Of a DNA stretch of 64,000 nt, positions 43,067 through 53,996 are shown in pieces; the first letter of the stretch is position 1, and every line of letters starts with the position of its first letter. The position numbers were made by a program, and so were the translations under genes. This DNA comes from an uncultured Planctomycetaceae bacterium (GTDB lineage Bacteria; Planctomycetota; Planctomycetia; Planctomycetales; Planctomycetaceae). The DNA is taken from the NCBI GenBank assembly GCA_963813715.1, contig CAWFAK010000005.1:1461110-1525109 (forward strand), given 5' to 3'. The notes beneath the pieces were generated by a model that had not been told where the DNA came from, searched no databases, and worked only from the letters and a program-made list of their open reading frames with translations.

Positions 43067-43101
43067 CGTCTAGCTTGGTGTGGCGTTTGTCGTCTCGCCG
43101 C

Positions 43102-45162
43102 TTAGTTGCTCTTCGCGTCCCACCACCAGCGGCCTTCCGGCAGCTGCGGGGCGACGCCCTTGGACTTCTCGGCAGTCAGCGTGGGCGACTCGCGGAAGAC
43201 CTTGTGGTCTTCCAGGACGGTCCGCATGCGGCCGTCGACTCCGCCGGCCACCTGCACCACGATGTCTTTGCCGTTGTAGACCCGGTGGTTGACGACCGAT
43301 TGGATCGTCTTGGGCGGCTGGAAGGTGGCGGGCTGGTAAGCGCCGTTGGCGGCGAAGACGCCCAGGTTCCAACCGATGCGGTCCGGAACGCGGTTGTCCG
43401 AGAGCAGGGCCGCGACGAGCGACAGGTCGAAAATGTTCTGCAGATCGGCGAACACCGGATCGTCGGCGGCCAGCTCGGCATAGTGATCGGTGAATTCGGT
43501 GGCGAACAGCCGGTTGGCCACTTCCGACGTGCCGGTGTGAATCCGCTGGCCCTTGGCCGAAATGCGTTCGTTCTCGGACTGGCAGAGGACGGCCGAGCCT
43601 TCGATCTGGAACACGTTCCGATCGGGGCTATGGGTCACCGCGTCGTACTTCATCGAGAGCCACCACCGCAGGGCGTCCATTTTCGCGCTCTTCACTTCAC
43701 CCGTCTTCGGGATGATGTCGAAGTAGCTGGGGATGCCGTGTCCGGCGTGCAACTTGCCGATGCCGATCATCTTCAGCCGATAGTCGGCCTCGAAGATCAC
43801 CTGGGCGATGCGGGACTCGACCGGCACGCCGTTGATTTCGACGTCCTGCAGTCCCAGCTCGCGCTGCAGTTGCTTGGTCCAGTTGCTCACCTGACCGGCG
43901 TCGAGCGGGCCGCGGGCGTTCGATTCCTGCACGAACTGCTGGATGCGACGCAGGCCTTCTTCACGGGGCAGAATCTGGCAGTTGAAGTAGCCGGAGCCGC
44001 GCGGCGAGAAGGTCCGCAGCACGGTCACCAGGTCGTCCAGGAACAGGCTCGGACGAGCGCTTTCGCGGGCGACGGCGCGACCGCTGGCGTCGTACTTCCA
44101 ACCCTCGGCCGGACCGCCGATGACGACTTCATTCTGATCGGGATAAACGAAGACGTACTTGATCTGGGTGAGACCCGCCAGGTGCTGCATCGTTTCGGGA
44201 ACGCTGTGCCCCTCGGCCAGCTTCTTCGCCAGTTCTTTCTCGAGGCGCGTCAGCGAGACCAGACGCAACGAGCTCTTGGCCCGCATGTCGGTGTTGATGT
44301 CGGCTTCGCGAGCGCGATGGCCGAGGCCCGACAGCGTCTGCCCTTTTTCCTCGTGCGTCAGACCGCGGAGCAGGCCGTTCGGATCGACTTCGATACCGGG
44401 GGGCCAGTAGATGGGCGTCTTCTTGGCTTCGTCGGTGTCTTCCCAGTCGGTCTCCGTTCCGGTGACCGTCTTGATCAGGCTGACCAGCTGAGCGGCGCTC
44501 GCGGCGCCACCGGCGGCCGATTGGCGAGCGGCCGTGTTCGCGGCCCCGGCTCGCTCACGCGATTCGGGAATCGGAATGCGGCTGATCGAGCGGTCGGCGG
44601 CAACATAGTCGCCGCTCTTCGCTTGGGCGGCAGCGATCGACTTCAACAGCGACGTGCGTTCGGCCGCATCGTTCGCGGATTTCGCAGTTTCCAGTGCGGG
44701 TCCAAACTCGCCCGCCGCCAGTTGCGCTTCGACGCGCGAACGGCGCTGGGCTGCAGTCAGCGAGGTTCCTTGAGGAGCGACCGGGGCGGGCTTGGCCGCC
44801 GTCACCACCTGGCTGTCATTCGCGGGATGCGACGAGTGAGACGCCACGGCGGCGGAGTGCGTCGTCTTCGACGGAGCGGTCTGAGCGGCAGGCAGGCTCG
44901 CCGGTTCAGCCGTCGCGGCCAGTTGCGACGATGATGCGGACGTTGCCGACGGGGCCGATTGCATCGGCCGCAGCGCCAAGAAGCCGATCAAGCCCAAAAC
45001 GGCTACGCCTGCGAGCACGGAGACGACGATCGGACCTCCGCTGGAACGACGACGAGAGCTGCGCCGGGCGCGGAATTCCTGGGCGAACGACGTGACATCC
45101 CCATCTCCAATGTGTCTCGGACAGATTTGTCTGGAACGTTGGCGGGCCCAGCCAAACGTCAT
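43102..45162 (-). CDS. DUF1598-like planctomycete protein
   Basis: LRLVSLTRLE, LAGLTQIKYVFVYP, EADYRLKMIG and LQNIFD motifs; N-terminal TM; start uncertain. Confidence 0.78.
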   Translation of the reverse strand: MTFGWARQRSRQICPRHIGDGDVTSFAQEFRARRSSRRRSSGGPIVVSVLAGVAVLGLIGFLALRPMQSAPSATSASSSQLAATAEPASLPAAQTAPSKTTHSAAVASHSSHPANDSQVVTAAKPAPVAPQGTSLTAAQRRSRVEAQLAAGEFGPALETAKSANDAAERTSLLKSIAAAQAKSGDYVAADRSISRIPIPESRERAGAANTAARQSAAGGAASAAQLVSLIKTVTGTETDWEDTDEAKKTPIYWPPGIEVDPNGLLRGLTHEEKGQTLSGLGHRAREADINTDMRAKSSLRLVSLTRLEKELAKKLAEGHSVPETMQHLAGLTQIKYVFVYPDQNEVVIGGPAEGWKYDASGRAVARESARPSLFLDDLVTVLRTFSPRGSGYFNCQILPREEGLRRIQQFVQESNARGPLDAGQVSNWTKQLQRELGLQDVEINGVPVESRIAQVIFEADYRLKMIGIGKLHAGHGIPSYFDIIPKTGEVKSAKMDALRWWLSMKYDAVTHSPDRNVFQIEGSAVLCQSENERISAKGQRIHTGTSEVANRLFATEFTDHYAELAADDPVFADLQNIFDLSLVAALLSDNRVPDRIGWNLGVFAANGAYQPATFQPPKTIQSVVNHRVYNGKDIVVQVAGGVDGRMRTVLEDHKVFRESPTLTAEKSKGVAPQLPEGRWWWDAKSN

Positions 45163-45427
45163 CGCGCACTGCGCCCTCGGGGCGGAACGATCTACTTACT
45201 AGCATCCTCTGCGGCTGGTGCCCCGTCAAGCACATTTCCCGCTTTATCTGGATTGCCCGGCCTCACAGACTTCGCCTTTGTCGGGGCGGCAGACCGGGCG
45301 GACCTAGCCGGGGTCCCCGCCGCTCCCAATGACGGTCCAAAACAGCTCTCTCGTCTAGTCGAAATGCCGATCTTTGCCGCGTGCGCAAGGTTTCCAAATC
45401 GATCGCAAAGAACCACAATGACCGAAG

Positions 45428-46268
45428 ATGCCAGAGCTTCCCGAAGTCGAAACCATGGTCCGCGGCATCCGCCCGTTCGTCGAGGGGCGGACGGTCAAGT
45501 CACTCGTGCGTTGTCGCTGCTCCTGCAAGCCCATATCGATCCGGCCGCGATTCGAACTTCTCGCCAAACGCCTCAAGGGGCGGCGCATTGACGCAGTTCG
45601 CCGCCTGGGGAAGCGGATTGTGCTTTGCGTCTCGGACGACTCGGCCGTGGTAATCGAGCCGAGGATGACCGGTTTGATGCTGCTGTCGGATCCGCCGGAC
45701 CGGGTCCATCTGCGGATTGAATGGAAGTTTGCCGGTGAGGCGAAATACAACTCCATCTGGTTTTGGGATCAGCGCGGGCTGGGCACCGTCCGGCTGTTTG
45801 GCCCCGGCGAGCTGGAACGCGCGTTTTCGTCCGAAGCCTTGGGGCCGGACGCGCTGGAGATGCCGCTTGAGACCTGGCGGGAACGCTGCGCCAAGCGCGC
45901 GGGCGATCAAGGTGCTGCTGCTCGATCAGAAGATCGTGGCGGGTATCGGCAACCTCTACGCCAGCGAGATTCTCCACATCGCAAAGATTCATCCGGCAAC
46001 GCCGGCCAATCGGCTCAAAGCGGACCAGATTCGTCGGCTGAGGGACGCGACGCTGAGCGTGCTGGAGGAAGCCATCCGCGACGAGGGGTCGACTCTCGGC
46101 GACGCCACCTACCGCACGGCCCTCAACCAGAACGGTCGCTATCAGAATAAACACCTCGTGTACGGCCGCGCGGAAGAAACGTGCCCGACTTGCGGCGAGG
46201 TGCCCATCCGGCGGATCGTCCAAGCCCAGCGATCGACGTTTTATTGCCCCGTTTGCCAGCGTCGGTAA
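45428..46268 (+). CDS. mutM: Formamidopyrimidine-DNA glycosylase, frameshift near 45900
   Basis: [31 protein letters not shown] and C-terminal CPTC...CPVCQ zinc finger. Confidence 0.93.
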
Positions 46269-46346
46269 CGCCGACGCGCTCCCCGCGCTCGTGCGATTTG
46301 GCCTTACGCAAACGGGCCGGAAATGGTGTAGTAACACGTAATTGCC

Positions 46347-48125
46347 ATGTCCTACCGAACCGTCAAACGCCTGTTGGGAGAAACCAGCCTCGAGCGGAAG
46401 AGTCGCTATTTGTTCGGCGGCAGTCTGCTCCTGTTGATCACCGCCAGCTTCTACGTTTACGCCACGCTCACGTCGGACCTGGTCTACGAGCAAAACCCCA
46501 AACAGGCCCAAAATCTCGTCTTTGCGAGCATCCTGGAAAAGCATTTCGAGAAGCTCGAGCCGGCCGACACGCTGGCCGCCATGAAGCTGATGATCAGCGA
46601 CATGCGGAAGCCCTCGAATCTCGACTACAACTATCGCTTCTTCCGGATCGACGCGAAACGAGGCAACGCCCTCAGCTCCGATCCCGAATTCCGCCCGAGC
46701 GACTCCGAGGACTACGACGCGATCGACGCCATCGTGCGGGGCGCCAGCGAACATCATCGGATCGACAAGGAACGGGGCGAGTACCAGTACTTCGCCGGCA
46801 TCACGGCCGAAAAGACCTGCGCGACCTGTCATCGCGACTCGGTGCTCGGCGACAGCAACATCAAGGTCGGCGACTTGATGCGCGTCGTCAAAATCACGCT
46901 TCCCCTCAAGGGGACTCGCGAAGCCGTCGCCCGCAATAACGCGATTCTGCTGGCGACCGCCATCGGCACGGCGTTCCTCGCCATGCTGGCCGCCTACGCC
47001 ATCGTTCGCTATGTGATCGTCAAGCCCGTGCTGCACCTCAAAGACGTCAGCGATCAGGTCGCGCGCGGCAATCTCGAGCAACGGGCCGACATCCGCACCG
47101 GCGACGAGTTCGAAGAGCTGAGCCACGCCTTCAACCGCATGCTGCGGCACCTGGTGGCCGTTCAGGACGAGCTCCGCGCGGTGAACACCGATCTCGACGC
47201 GAAGGTCGATCAGCTGGCCCAGGTCAACCTGCGGCTCTACGAAATGAACAAGCTCAAGGACGATTTTCTCGCGACGATGAGCCATGAGCTGCGCACGCCG
47301 CTCAACAGCATCCTGGGCTTCAGCGATATCCTGGCCCGCTCGGACAATATCAGCGAAAAGCAGCAGCGGTTTGTCCGCAACATCCAAACGTCGGGCAAGA
47401 ACCTGATGGCGATGATCAACGACCTCTTGGATCTGGCCAAGATCGAGAGCGGCCGGATGGAGATCCAGATCGTCGAGTGTTCGCTCAGCGACCTGATCGA
47501 GCGGCAGGTCAATTCGCTCAATCCGCTGGCCGAGAAAAAGAATATCGACCTGTCATTCGAGGTCGATCCGCAGATTCCGCTGTTGGTGCAGGACTCGGTC
47601 AAGATCCAGCAGATTCTCGACAACCTGCTCTCCAACGCCATCAAGTTCACGCCCGAAGGCGGCCGGGTGAAGCTGCGGGCCAACCGCGCTGACGACGTCT
47701 ACTTCGAGATCGTCGTCGAAGACACGGGGATCGGCATTCCGCTCAACGAACAGGGGATGATCTTCGAGAAATTCCGACAAGGCCACACCGTGCCCGGCCA
47801 AAGCGACGCCATCACCCGCGAGTACGGTGGCACGGGACTGGGGCTTTCGATCGTCAAAGAACTCTCGAAGCTGTTGGGGGGCGAAGTCAGTCTGGTCAGC
47901 GAGTTCGGCAAGGGCAGCACCTTCACGGTCCGCCTGCCGATGCGCCTCGACGAGCGCCCGCAAGCCAGCAGTGATCCGCTCACGTCGCCTCACGTCGGCC
48001 TCAACCGACTGACGAGCAGGCTGCTCGACTCGCCCAATCCGGCTGCAAGCAACTCAGTCTCCCCGACGCCAGACGCCCCGCGCGAGAGCGAGCCGACCGT
48101 GCAACCCGCGCACGCAGACGCTTAA
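46347..48125 (+). CDS. HAMP sensor histidine kinase with periplasmic CxxCH domain
   Basis: Two TMs flank CATCH; HAMP; SHELRTPL H-box, NAIKFT, DTGIG, GGTGLGL. Confidence 0.92.
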   Translation: MSYRTVKRLLGETSLERKSRYLFGGSLLLLITASFYVYATLTSDLVYEQNPKQAQNLVFASILEKHFEKLEPADTLAAMKLMISDMRKPSNLDYNYRFFRIDAKRGNALSSDPEFRPSDSEDYDAIDAIVRGASEHHRIDKERGEYQYFAGITAEKTCATCHRDSVLGDSNIKVGDLMRVVKITLPLKGTREAVARNNAILLATAIGTAFLAMLAAYAIVRYVIVKPVLHLKDVSDQVARGNLEQRADIRTGDEFEELSHAFNRMLRHLVAVQDELRAVNTDLDAKVDQLAQVNLRLYEMNKLKDDFLATMSHELRTPLNSILGFSDILARSDNISEKQQRFVRNIQTSGKNLMAMINDLLDLAKIESGRMEIQIVECSLSDLIERQVNSLNPLAEKKNIDLSFEVDPQIPLLVQDSVKIQQILDNLLSNAIKFTPEGGRVKLRANRADDVYFEIVVEDTGIGIPLNEQGMIFEKFRQGHTVPGQSDAITREYGGTGLGLSIVKELSKLLGGEVSLVSEFGKGSTFTVRLPMRLDERPQASSDPLTSPHVGLNRLTSRLLDSPNPAASNSVSPTPDAPRESEPTVQPAHADA

Positions 48126-48171
48126 CCGCACCGCAGCGTAGGGGGCGGGTCTACCGCCAATGTCGCGCGTC

Positions 48172-48263
48172 GGGTGGCACTGGCGGCTTGCCCGCCAGTG
48201 TTTTAAGTAGGTAGCTGGCACTGTGCACGACGGACACTGGCGGACGAGCCGCCAGTGCCACCC
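48172..48263. repeat. Inverted doublet of REP-like family A
   Basis: Same unit as 19903 and 24338; lies between convergent genes. Confidence 0.88.
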
Positions 48264-48294
48264 ACTAGCCGAACCAGCGTGCGCGAGACGTCGG

Positions 48295-50478
48295 TTAGGT
48301 CGCGGTGACAGCCGCCTTGGAAAGTTGGCGGGCCTGAGCGGCCGACGTGTCGAGCGTCAGCAAAAGCTCGACGCGGAAACGCCCCTCGGGTCCGACCAGG
48401 AAGTCCCAGTGCGGCACCACGGTGCTCGATTGATGCACCAGCTCGAAGCCGCCTTCGGATTGGCTGACCGTCTGGATGGGAAACGTCCAGATGTCGGTCG
48501 CCAGTGACGGCTCAATCCCCACGTCGATCCCCAGCCACTCGTCGACGAGGCCGATCCGCTCGGCTTGTTTCAGATTGAGGATCGACTCGAGCGGGCCCAA
48601 CTGGCGTCCGCTGCCGTCGTAGAAGTAGCGGTCCGATGCTCCGGAGGCCAGGCCGGCGAAATTGAATTCGACGGCAAAGTGGAACCGCTCGCCCGGCGGC
48701 AGGTTCGACAATTCGTAGCGGATGTCGAGTCGATTTCCGGTCGCGGCTTCCAGCCCGATCGACTTTTCGAGATGCACGCGATGCCCGCCGACCATCCCGT
48801 CGCGTGAGAGCACGGCCTCGACGCGTCCGGGCGAGCGGCGGAGCCTCGTTTCATAAACGCCGAGCACGAAGTCGCCCAATTCTCCTTCGCCGTTGCGAAA
48901 CGTGGCCGGATCGATGTTCGGCGGCAGGAAGTGGTCGACCAGGCTCTTCCGCGGCCAGTTGTCGTAAACCAGTTTGCGATCCAGATCGGGCTGCTTGAAG
49001 CGAACGGCGTCGTGGATGCTGGCGACCGAGTGGCCGTCGTGCTGCGAGTGGGCGGCCGAGCGGACGACTTCGTGATACGCCTCCGGCCGGCGGTTGAGCG
49101 TGCCCAGCAAATTGAGTCGCACGCTCCGCACGTCGAGCTCGTACAGGTGGCCTCCGCGGCTCGGCGCGAGAAACGCCACCAGCCGATCGCCGGCGATGCG
49201 AATTTCCTTGCGGGCGTCGAGATTGTAATCGTCCGCGTCGATCTGCACCCAACGCGCCGGACGGGCGATGGCCGACTCCAAGAGCGAGTCGGCGGCAATC
49301 AGGTGGTTGTAGACGGCGTGTCGCAGATGAGGCAGATACAGACCGCCGAACGCCCCGTGCCAGTACGAGCAATTGCACTGGCCGCGATAGAGCTCGGTCC
49401 GCGCCTCATTGATGAAGTGGGGCCGCTCGACGTCCTCCTCTTCGGACGTGATTTGCTGCAGCCGCTGGCTGACCTGCAGCATCCGCGTGTACATCTCATT
49501 GGCTTCGGGATATTTCGTGCGGAAGTTGCGCCAGGTGCCGCCGCGGATATAAGGACGCAGGGCGTGCCACTCGGGATCGTGCTGTTTGCGTTTGGCGAGC
49601 GACTCGAATTCGGCCAGTCGCTCGGCGGGCAGCGCCCATTCGGTCATTTCGCGGTAGCTGCAGTCCGGCAGATAGATCATGCCGACGGGAGGCACGTTGT
49701 CGATCGCCTCGCCCAGGGTGGTGAGCTTGAGCCAGTCGGCATTCTCGATCAGCGCGTTCAAAAACCGCGTCAGCCAGCCGTCCTCGTAGACGTGCTTCTT
49801 GGTTCCCGGCCAGGTGCCGAACTTCTCCCCGTCGTCCCCGAAGCAGACGACCGGATTGGGGTGCTTGTCGGCAATCTCCCGCAGGTAGCGGATCGATTCC
49901 GCCGGCTCCTGGAAGGGGATGGTGTAGCGCAGCTTTTCGCTGCCCGGAAAGATCTTGAGCAGGCGGCCTTCATCCTCGGACAGGTAGTAGCCGTACAGCT
50001 GCTCGTCGCGGAGGCCCGCGCTCTTGAAGTGGTGATCGTCGAGGACCGTGAATTCGATGCCGGCCCGCGTCATGTCGCCGGTGAAGTTCTGCTCCCAGAC
50101 ACGTTCTGGCATCCACATGCCGCGGACTTTGACGCCGAACAGCTGCTCCAGGTAGCGCGAGTAGGCAGAAATCTGTCCGATGCGGTCGTGCGAGGGGATG
50201 CCGGCAAGGATGGCTTCGTAGAACGGGCCGCCGATCACCTCGATCTGGCCGCGCTCGGCCAGCTCGCGAACGCCGTCGATGTATTCCGGGTGCGCCTCGA
50301 CCAGCCACTCCAGCAGGCTGCCGGAGACGTGCAGGCTGACCGGGATTTTTGGATTCTCGCGCAACACCTCGAGAAACGGCGCGTAGCTATCGCGGTAGGC
50401 GTCCTCGAAGACGCCGTCAAAATTGCCGATCGGCTGATGAATATGAATGGCCAGCGCCAGTCGCAGACATCCCGTCAT
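48295..50478 (-). CDS. GH57 4-alpha-glucanotransferase/alpha-amylase
   Basis: HIHQP, WMPERVW (nucleophile Glu), GDDGEKFG (acid/base Asp), WRNF, YWHGAFGGLYLPHLR, SQSEGGFE. Confidence 0.92.
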   Translation of the reverse strand: MTGCLRLALAIHIHQPIGNFDGVFEDAYRDSYAPFLEVLRENPKIPVSLHVSGSLLEWLVEAHPEYIDGVRELAERGQIEVIGGPFYEAILAGIPSHDRIGQISAYSRYLEQLFGVKVRGMWMPERVWEQNFTGDMTRAGIEFTVLDDHHFKSAGLRDEQLYGYYLSEDEGRLLKIFPGSEKLRYTIPFQEPAESIRYLREIADKHPNPVVCFGDDGEKFGTWPGTKKHVYEDGWLTRFLNALIENADWLKLTTLGEAIDNVPPVGMIYLPDCSYREMTEWALPAERLAEFESLAKRKQHDPEWHALRPYIRGGTWRNFRTKYPEANEMYTRMLQVSQRLQQITSEEEDVERPHFINEARTELYRGQCNCSYWHGAFGGLYLPHLRHAVYNHLIAADSLLESAIARPARWVQIDADDYNLDARKEIRIAGDRLVAFLAPSRGGHLYELDVRSVRLNLLGTLNRRPEAYHEVVRSAAHSQHDGHSVASIHDAVRFKQPDLDRKLVYDNWPRKSLVDHFLPPNIDPATFRNGEGELGDFVLGVYETRLRRSPGRVEAVLSRDGMVGGHRVHLEKSIGLEAATGNRLDIRYELSNLPPGERFHFAVEFNFAGLASGASDRYFYDGSGRQLGPLESILNLKQAERIGLVDEWLGIDVGIEPSLATDIWTFPIQTVSQSEGGFELVHQSSTVVPHWDFLVGPEGRFRVELLLTLDTSAAQARQLSKAAVTAT

Positions 50479-50656
50479 TCCGACAACCCTTCCTGGTTCG
50501 GACCTGCCCCTGTGGTGGGGCGACGTTCGCGGCCCCTTCGTTCCATCAAATCGCGCTGACTGTCGACTGAAAAGGCTCCCGCCCGTTGCCTGATGCGAAA
50601 ACCGCACCCCACGCTCCCCGTATGCCGGTCAGGCAGACGTTGCCGCCTGGTGCCGG

Positions 50657-51697
50657 TCAGGCAGACGTTGCCGCCGGGACCGGTTTGCGGATCGCCACGT
50701 CCTCCTCGGCGTCCCGCAAAAAGGAGGCCGCCTCCTCGGGCATGACGGGGTTGATGTAAAAGCCGCTCCCCCACTCGAACCCGGCCACGCGCGTCAGCCG
50801 AGGGAAAATCTCGATGTGCCAATGGTAGTGCGGCAGCTCTTTTGCGTCGAAGGGGGCCGTATGGAACACGTAGTTATAGGGGGGGTCGTCGAGGGCCAAC
50901 TCGAGTTTTCGCAGGACCGACCGCAGTACCACGCCCAGGTCTTCGATTCCCTGCCGGGGAATGTTCTCGTACTGGCTCGAGTGCTGCTTGGGGATGATCC
51001 AGGTCTCGAACGGGAAGCGGCTGGCAAAGGGGGCCAGGACCAGGAAGCTCCGGGTGTCGAGCACGACGCGGCTCGCCGCCGCCAGCTCCTGCTGCACCAT
51101 GTCGCAGTAGATGCAGCGGCCGCGGTAGTTGAAGAACTCGAGCGAGCCGGTCATTTCTTCCCACACCGAGATCGGCACGACGGGCGTGACGATCAACTGC
51201 GAATGGGAGTGTTCCAGCGAGGCGCCGGCGGGCGCTCCCTGGTTCTTGAAAATGAGCCCGTGCACGAGCCGCGGATCACGCTTCAGGTCGACGAGCCGGT
51301 CGCGATACACCCAGAGGACTTCGCGAATGTTGTCGACCGACAGGCGGGACATGTTCGTTTCGTGGTTCGGGCACTCGATGATGACCTCGTGCGCGCCGAC
51401 GCCGTTCATCAGGTCGTAGATGCCGTCGCCCCGCTTGTCGAGATTGCCTTCGACCTGCAGGGCCGGAAACTTGTTGGGCACGACGCGGGTCCGCCAGCCG
51501 CGATTGTTGCGCTCGGTCCCCGGATGCCGGTACGCCAGGATTTCGGGCGGCGTGGTGTCTTCGTGACCTTCGCAGAAAGGGCAGAAGCCGGCGCGGCCCA
51601 TGCGATACTCGGAGGAGAAATCCTCCGGGCGCTTGGCGCGATCGGGCGCCAGAATCACCCAGCGTCCGACGATCGGGTCTTTTCTTAACTCAGGCAT
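50657..51697 (-). CDS. galT: GalT-family nucleotidyltransferase
   Basis: [49 protein letters not shown]. Confidence 0.9.
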   Translation of the reverse strand: MPELRKDPIVGRWVILAPDRAKRPEDFSSEYRMGRAGFCPFCEGHEDTTPPEILAYRHPGTERNNRGWRTRVVPNKFPALQVEGNLDKRGDGIYDLMNGVGAHEVIIECPNHETNMSRLSVDNIREVLWVYRDRLVDLKRDPRLVHGLIFKNQGAPAGASLEHSHSQLIVTPVVPISVWEEMTGSLEFFNYRGRCIYCDMVQQELAAASRVVLDTRSFLVLAPFASRFPFETWIIPKQHSSQYENIPRQGIEDLGVVLRSVLRKLELALDDPPYNYVFHTAPFDAKELPHYHWHIEIFPRLTRVAGFEWGSGFYINPVMPEEAASFLRDAEEDVAIRKPVPAATSA

Positions 51698-51739
51698 CGT
51701 GCATCACTCTCAATTAGAGCGCGAAATCAAGCGTGCTCG

Positions 51740-53931
51740 TCACGCCTGCCACATGATCCGTTCAAAGTCGGGCGAGGGGACCACCATCTCGAGCACCCCT
51801 TCCTGCGGGGCGCGATCGACGCTCTGCTTTTTCGCGGTCAACTCGATGTACATTTGAATTGTCGATTCCGGAGCCAGCCCCAGGTCGGCAAACGGCACGG
51901 CCAGCTCGAGAATCTGGTCGATCGCCAGCTCGATGTTGACTTTGGAAACCAGCTTGTCGTCCCGGTAGAGCTTGGCCTTGGCATCGTGCTGCTTGAGTCC
52001 GGCGATGCGAATCTCCATGCCCGAGGGTTCGATGAAGCGGATGCGAATTTCGTCCAGCGGATCGAGATCCTCGAGCGCGTAAGCGGGCCGTATCGATGCG
52101 GATGGCCAGCCGATTGGCGTCGAAACCGAAATAGACGTCCCGCAACACGCCCATCGTCACCTTGGTCATCGTGCCGCGTTCGCTGCCGCAGACGTAATGG
52201 CCGGCGCAGATCCACTCGAAGTAGGTCCGCCGCCCGTCGACCTTCACCGGGCAGAAACCGGTCGGCTTGGTGTGCAGTGCCCGCCGCTGCAGCCGCTTGA
52301 TCGGGTGCTTGAGCACGTTGGGCGGCTGCGTGTCGAGCCGCGTGTAGACGTTTTGCAGATGCTTGCGGAACAGCTCGTCGAAGAGCGCGTCCTGCGACGA
52401 AGAATGATCGTCGCCGAACCACCAGAACCAGTCGCTCCCTTCGGCGATGAACAGTTCTTCCCAAGCCTTGGCCAGCGCTTCCTTGGGCGCCTTGCCCTCC
52501 GCCTCGGTCTGCTTGAGGAATTCGCGCGTCTGGTGCAACAGGTCCCACGCCGTATTGTCTTCGTGGTGCCCGATCCAGATGGCGAAGTTGTGCGAGATCC
52601 AGCTGCCGGCGAAGAGCGTGCCGATGCGGTCAGTGGCCGGCTGGTCCTTGAGATAGTCGCGGACGCGCTGCGGGCGAATTTGCGGATTCTGGATGCAATT
52701 GCGATAGAGCGCGCGGAGAAAACGGACGCCCCCGTCCGGGTAGTACTCCCAGCAATTCTCGCCGTCCAGAATCACAGGGACGAGCGCGCCGCGGCCCGCG
52801 TTGTTGGACTCGACCGCCCGGCCGATCGCCAGGAACTTGCTGATCATGTCCCAGGCGGCATGCTCGGGATCGCTGCGTTGATAGTGGAAGCCGATCAGGT
52901 CGGAAAGCGCGTGATCGCGGAAGATCACGTGCAGCGATTTGTCGCCGCTTTCGACGCGCCAGGGCCGATAGAGCATCTCGGGATGCCGCATGTGCCCCTG
53001 GCCGTCGCGGGAAATCCAGCCGTTGGTCGATTCGGAGAGGATCTCTTCGTCCGTCGCGATCCATTCGATACCCGTCTCGGCAATTGCCGCGACGATGTCC
53101 TGCGAGACCGACCCCTCGGACGGCCACATGCCGACCGGCGCCTGCCCGAAGAGTTGCTTATGCAGCGTGACGGCCCGCCGCAGGTGGATCTGGGCGTCCT
53201 CGCGATAAGCAGTCCAAGTACTTGGGCAGCGCGCAGCCGGGCATGGCCTGCCGCGCGCAGCGTTTGTCCCACAGGAGCGGCAGGATCGGATGGTAGAAAG
53301 GCGTGGTGGTCAGCTCGATCTGGCCGCTGGCCGCCAGCTCTTTATGCAGCGGAATGACCGCGCCCAAGATGGCTTTTTGTTTCTCGAGCAGCCACGCCTT
53401 TTCCCCTTCGGTGTAGCCGCGGCCCTTGGCGCGGAATTCGCGCAGCTCCGCGTCCTGATCGAAGACCAGCTCGTGGATCCAGGTCAGGTTACTCCAGACC
53501 TGCAGGTCGCGGAGATCGCGGGGCGAAAATCGCGACACGGCGTTTTCGACCGGATCGGTGCCGAACCCGCGCCGCAGGTAAAGCTCGTGATACCGCTCGT
53601 AGGGGCGGATCATGCTCTCGACGTTCGCCAGGAAGAAATTGTCGAGCAAATAGCGGACGTCGGCTTCGTTCATGCCGTCGGTCGGCAGGCGCGACACGTC
53701 CAGGTGCCGATCGCTACGGCCCTCGGTGTAAGCCTGTAGCTGAATCAGCAGGCTGGGAACCAGGTTGATCGTGCAGCGGAACTCGGGCACCTCCTTCAGA
53801 TGCAGGGCCATCCCGTAGTAATCCTTGGTGGCGTGCAGCCGCACCCACGGCATCAGCGTTTCGTTGCTGACGTCGTCGGGATAGTACGGTTGGTGTTGAT
53901 GCCAGAAGAAGGCTACGGTGACTGGTTGCAT
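51740..53931 (-). CDS. GH57 glycoside hydrolase (amylopullulanase-type), frameshifts near 53205 and 52085
   Basis: [36 protein letters not shown] and AEGSDWFWW motifs. Confidence 0.9.
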
Positions 53932-53996
53932 TCGTGTGTCGTGGGGTCAGGTGGCGACCGGTGGAAAGATCGGGCGCGGCCGCCGCGGCCCGCCGC

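Noticed and set aside
50466..50482. GGAATGACGGGATG at the GH57 start resembling the cassette motif
   Set aside because: The ATG used is in a different position, there is no TAGAAT or end element, and the gene is a long metabolic one; probably chance.
50623..50675. 25-bp direct duplication at the galT 3' end
   Set aside because: Only two copies; likely a local slippage duplication or assembly artefact with no sign of function.
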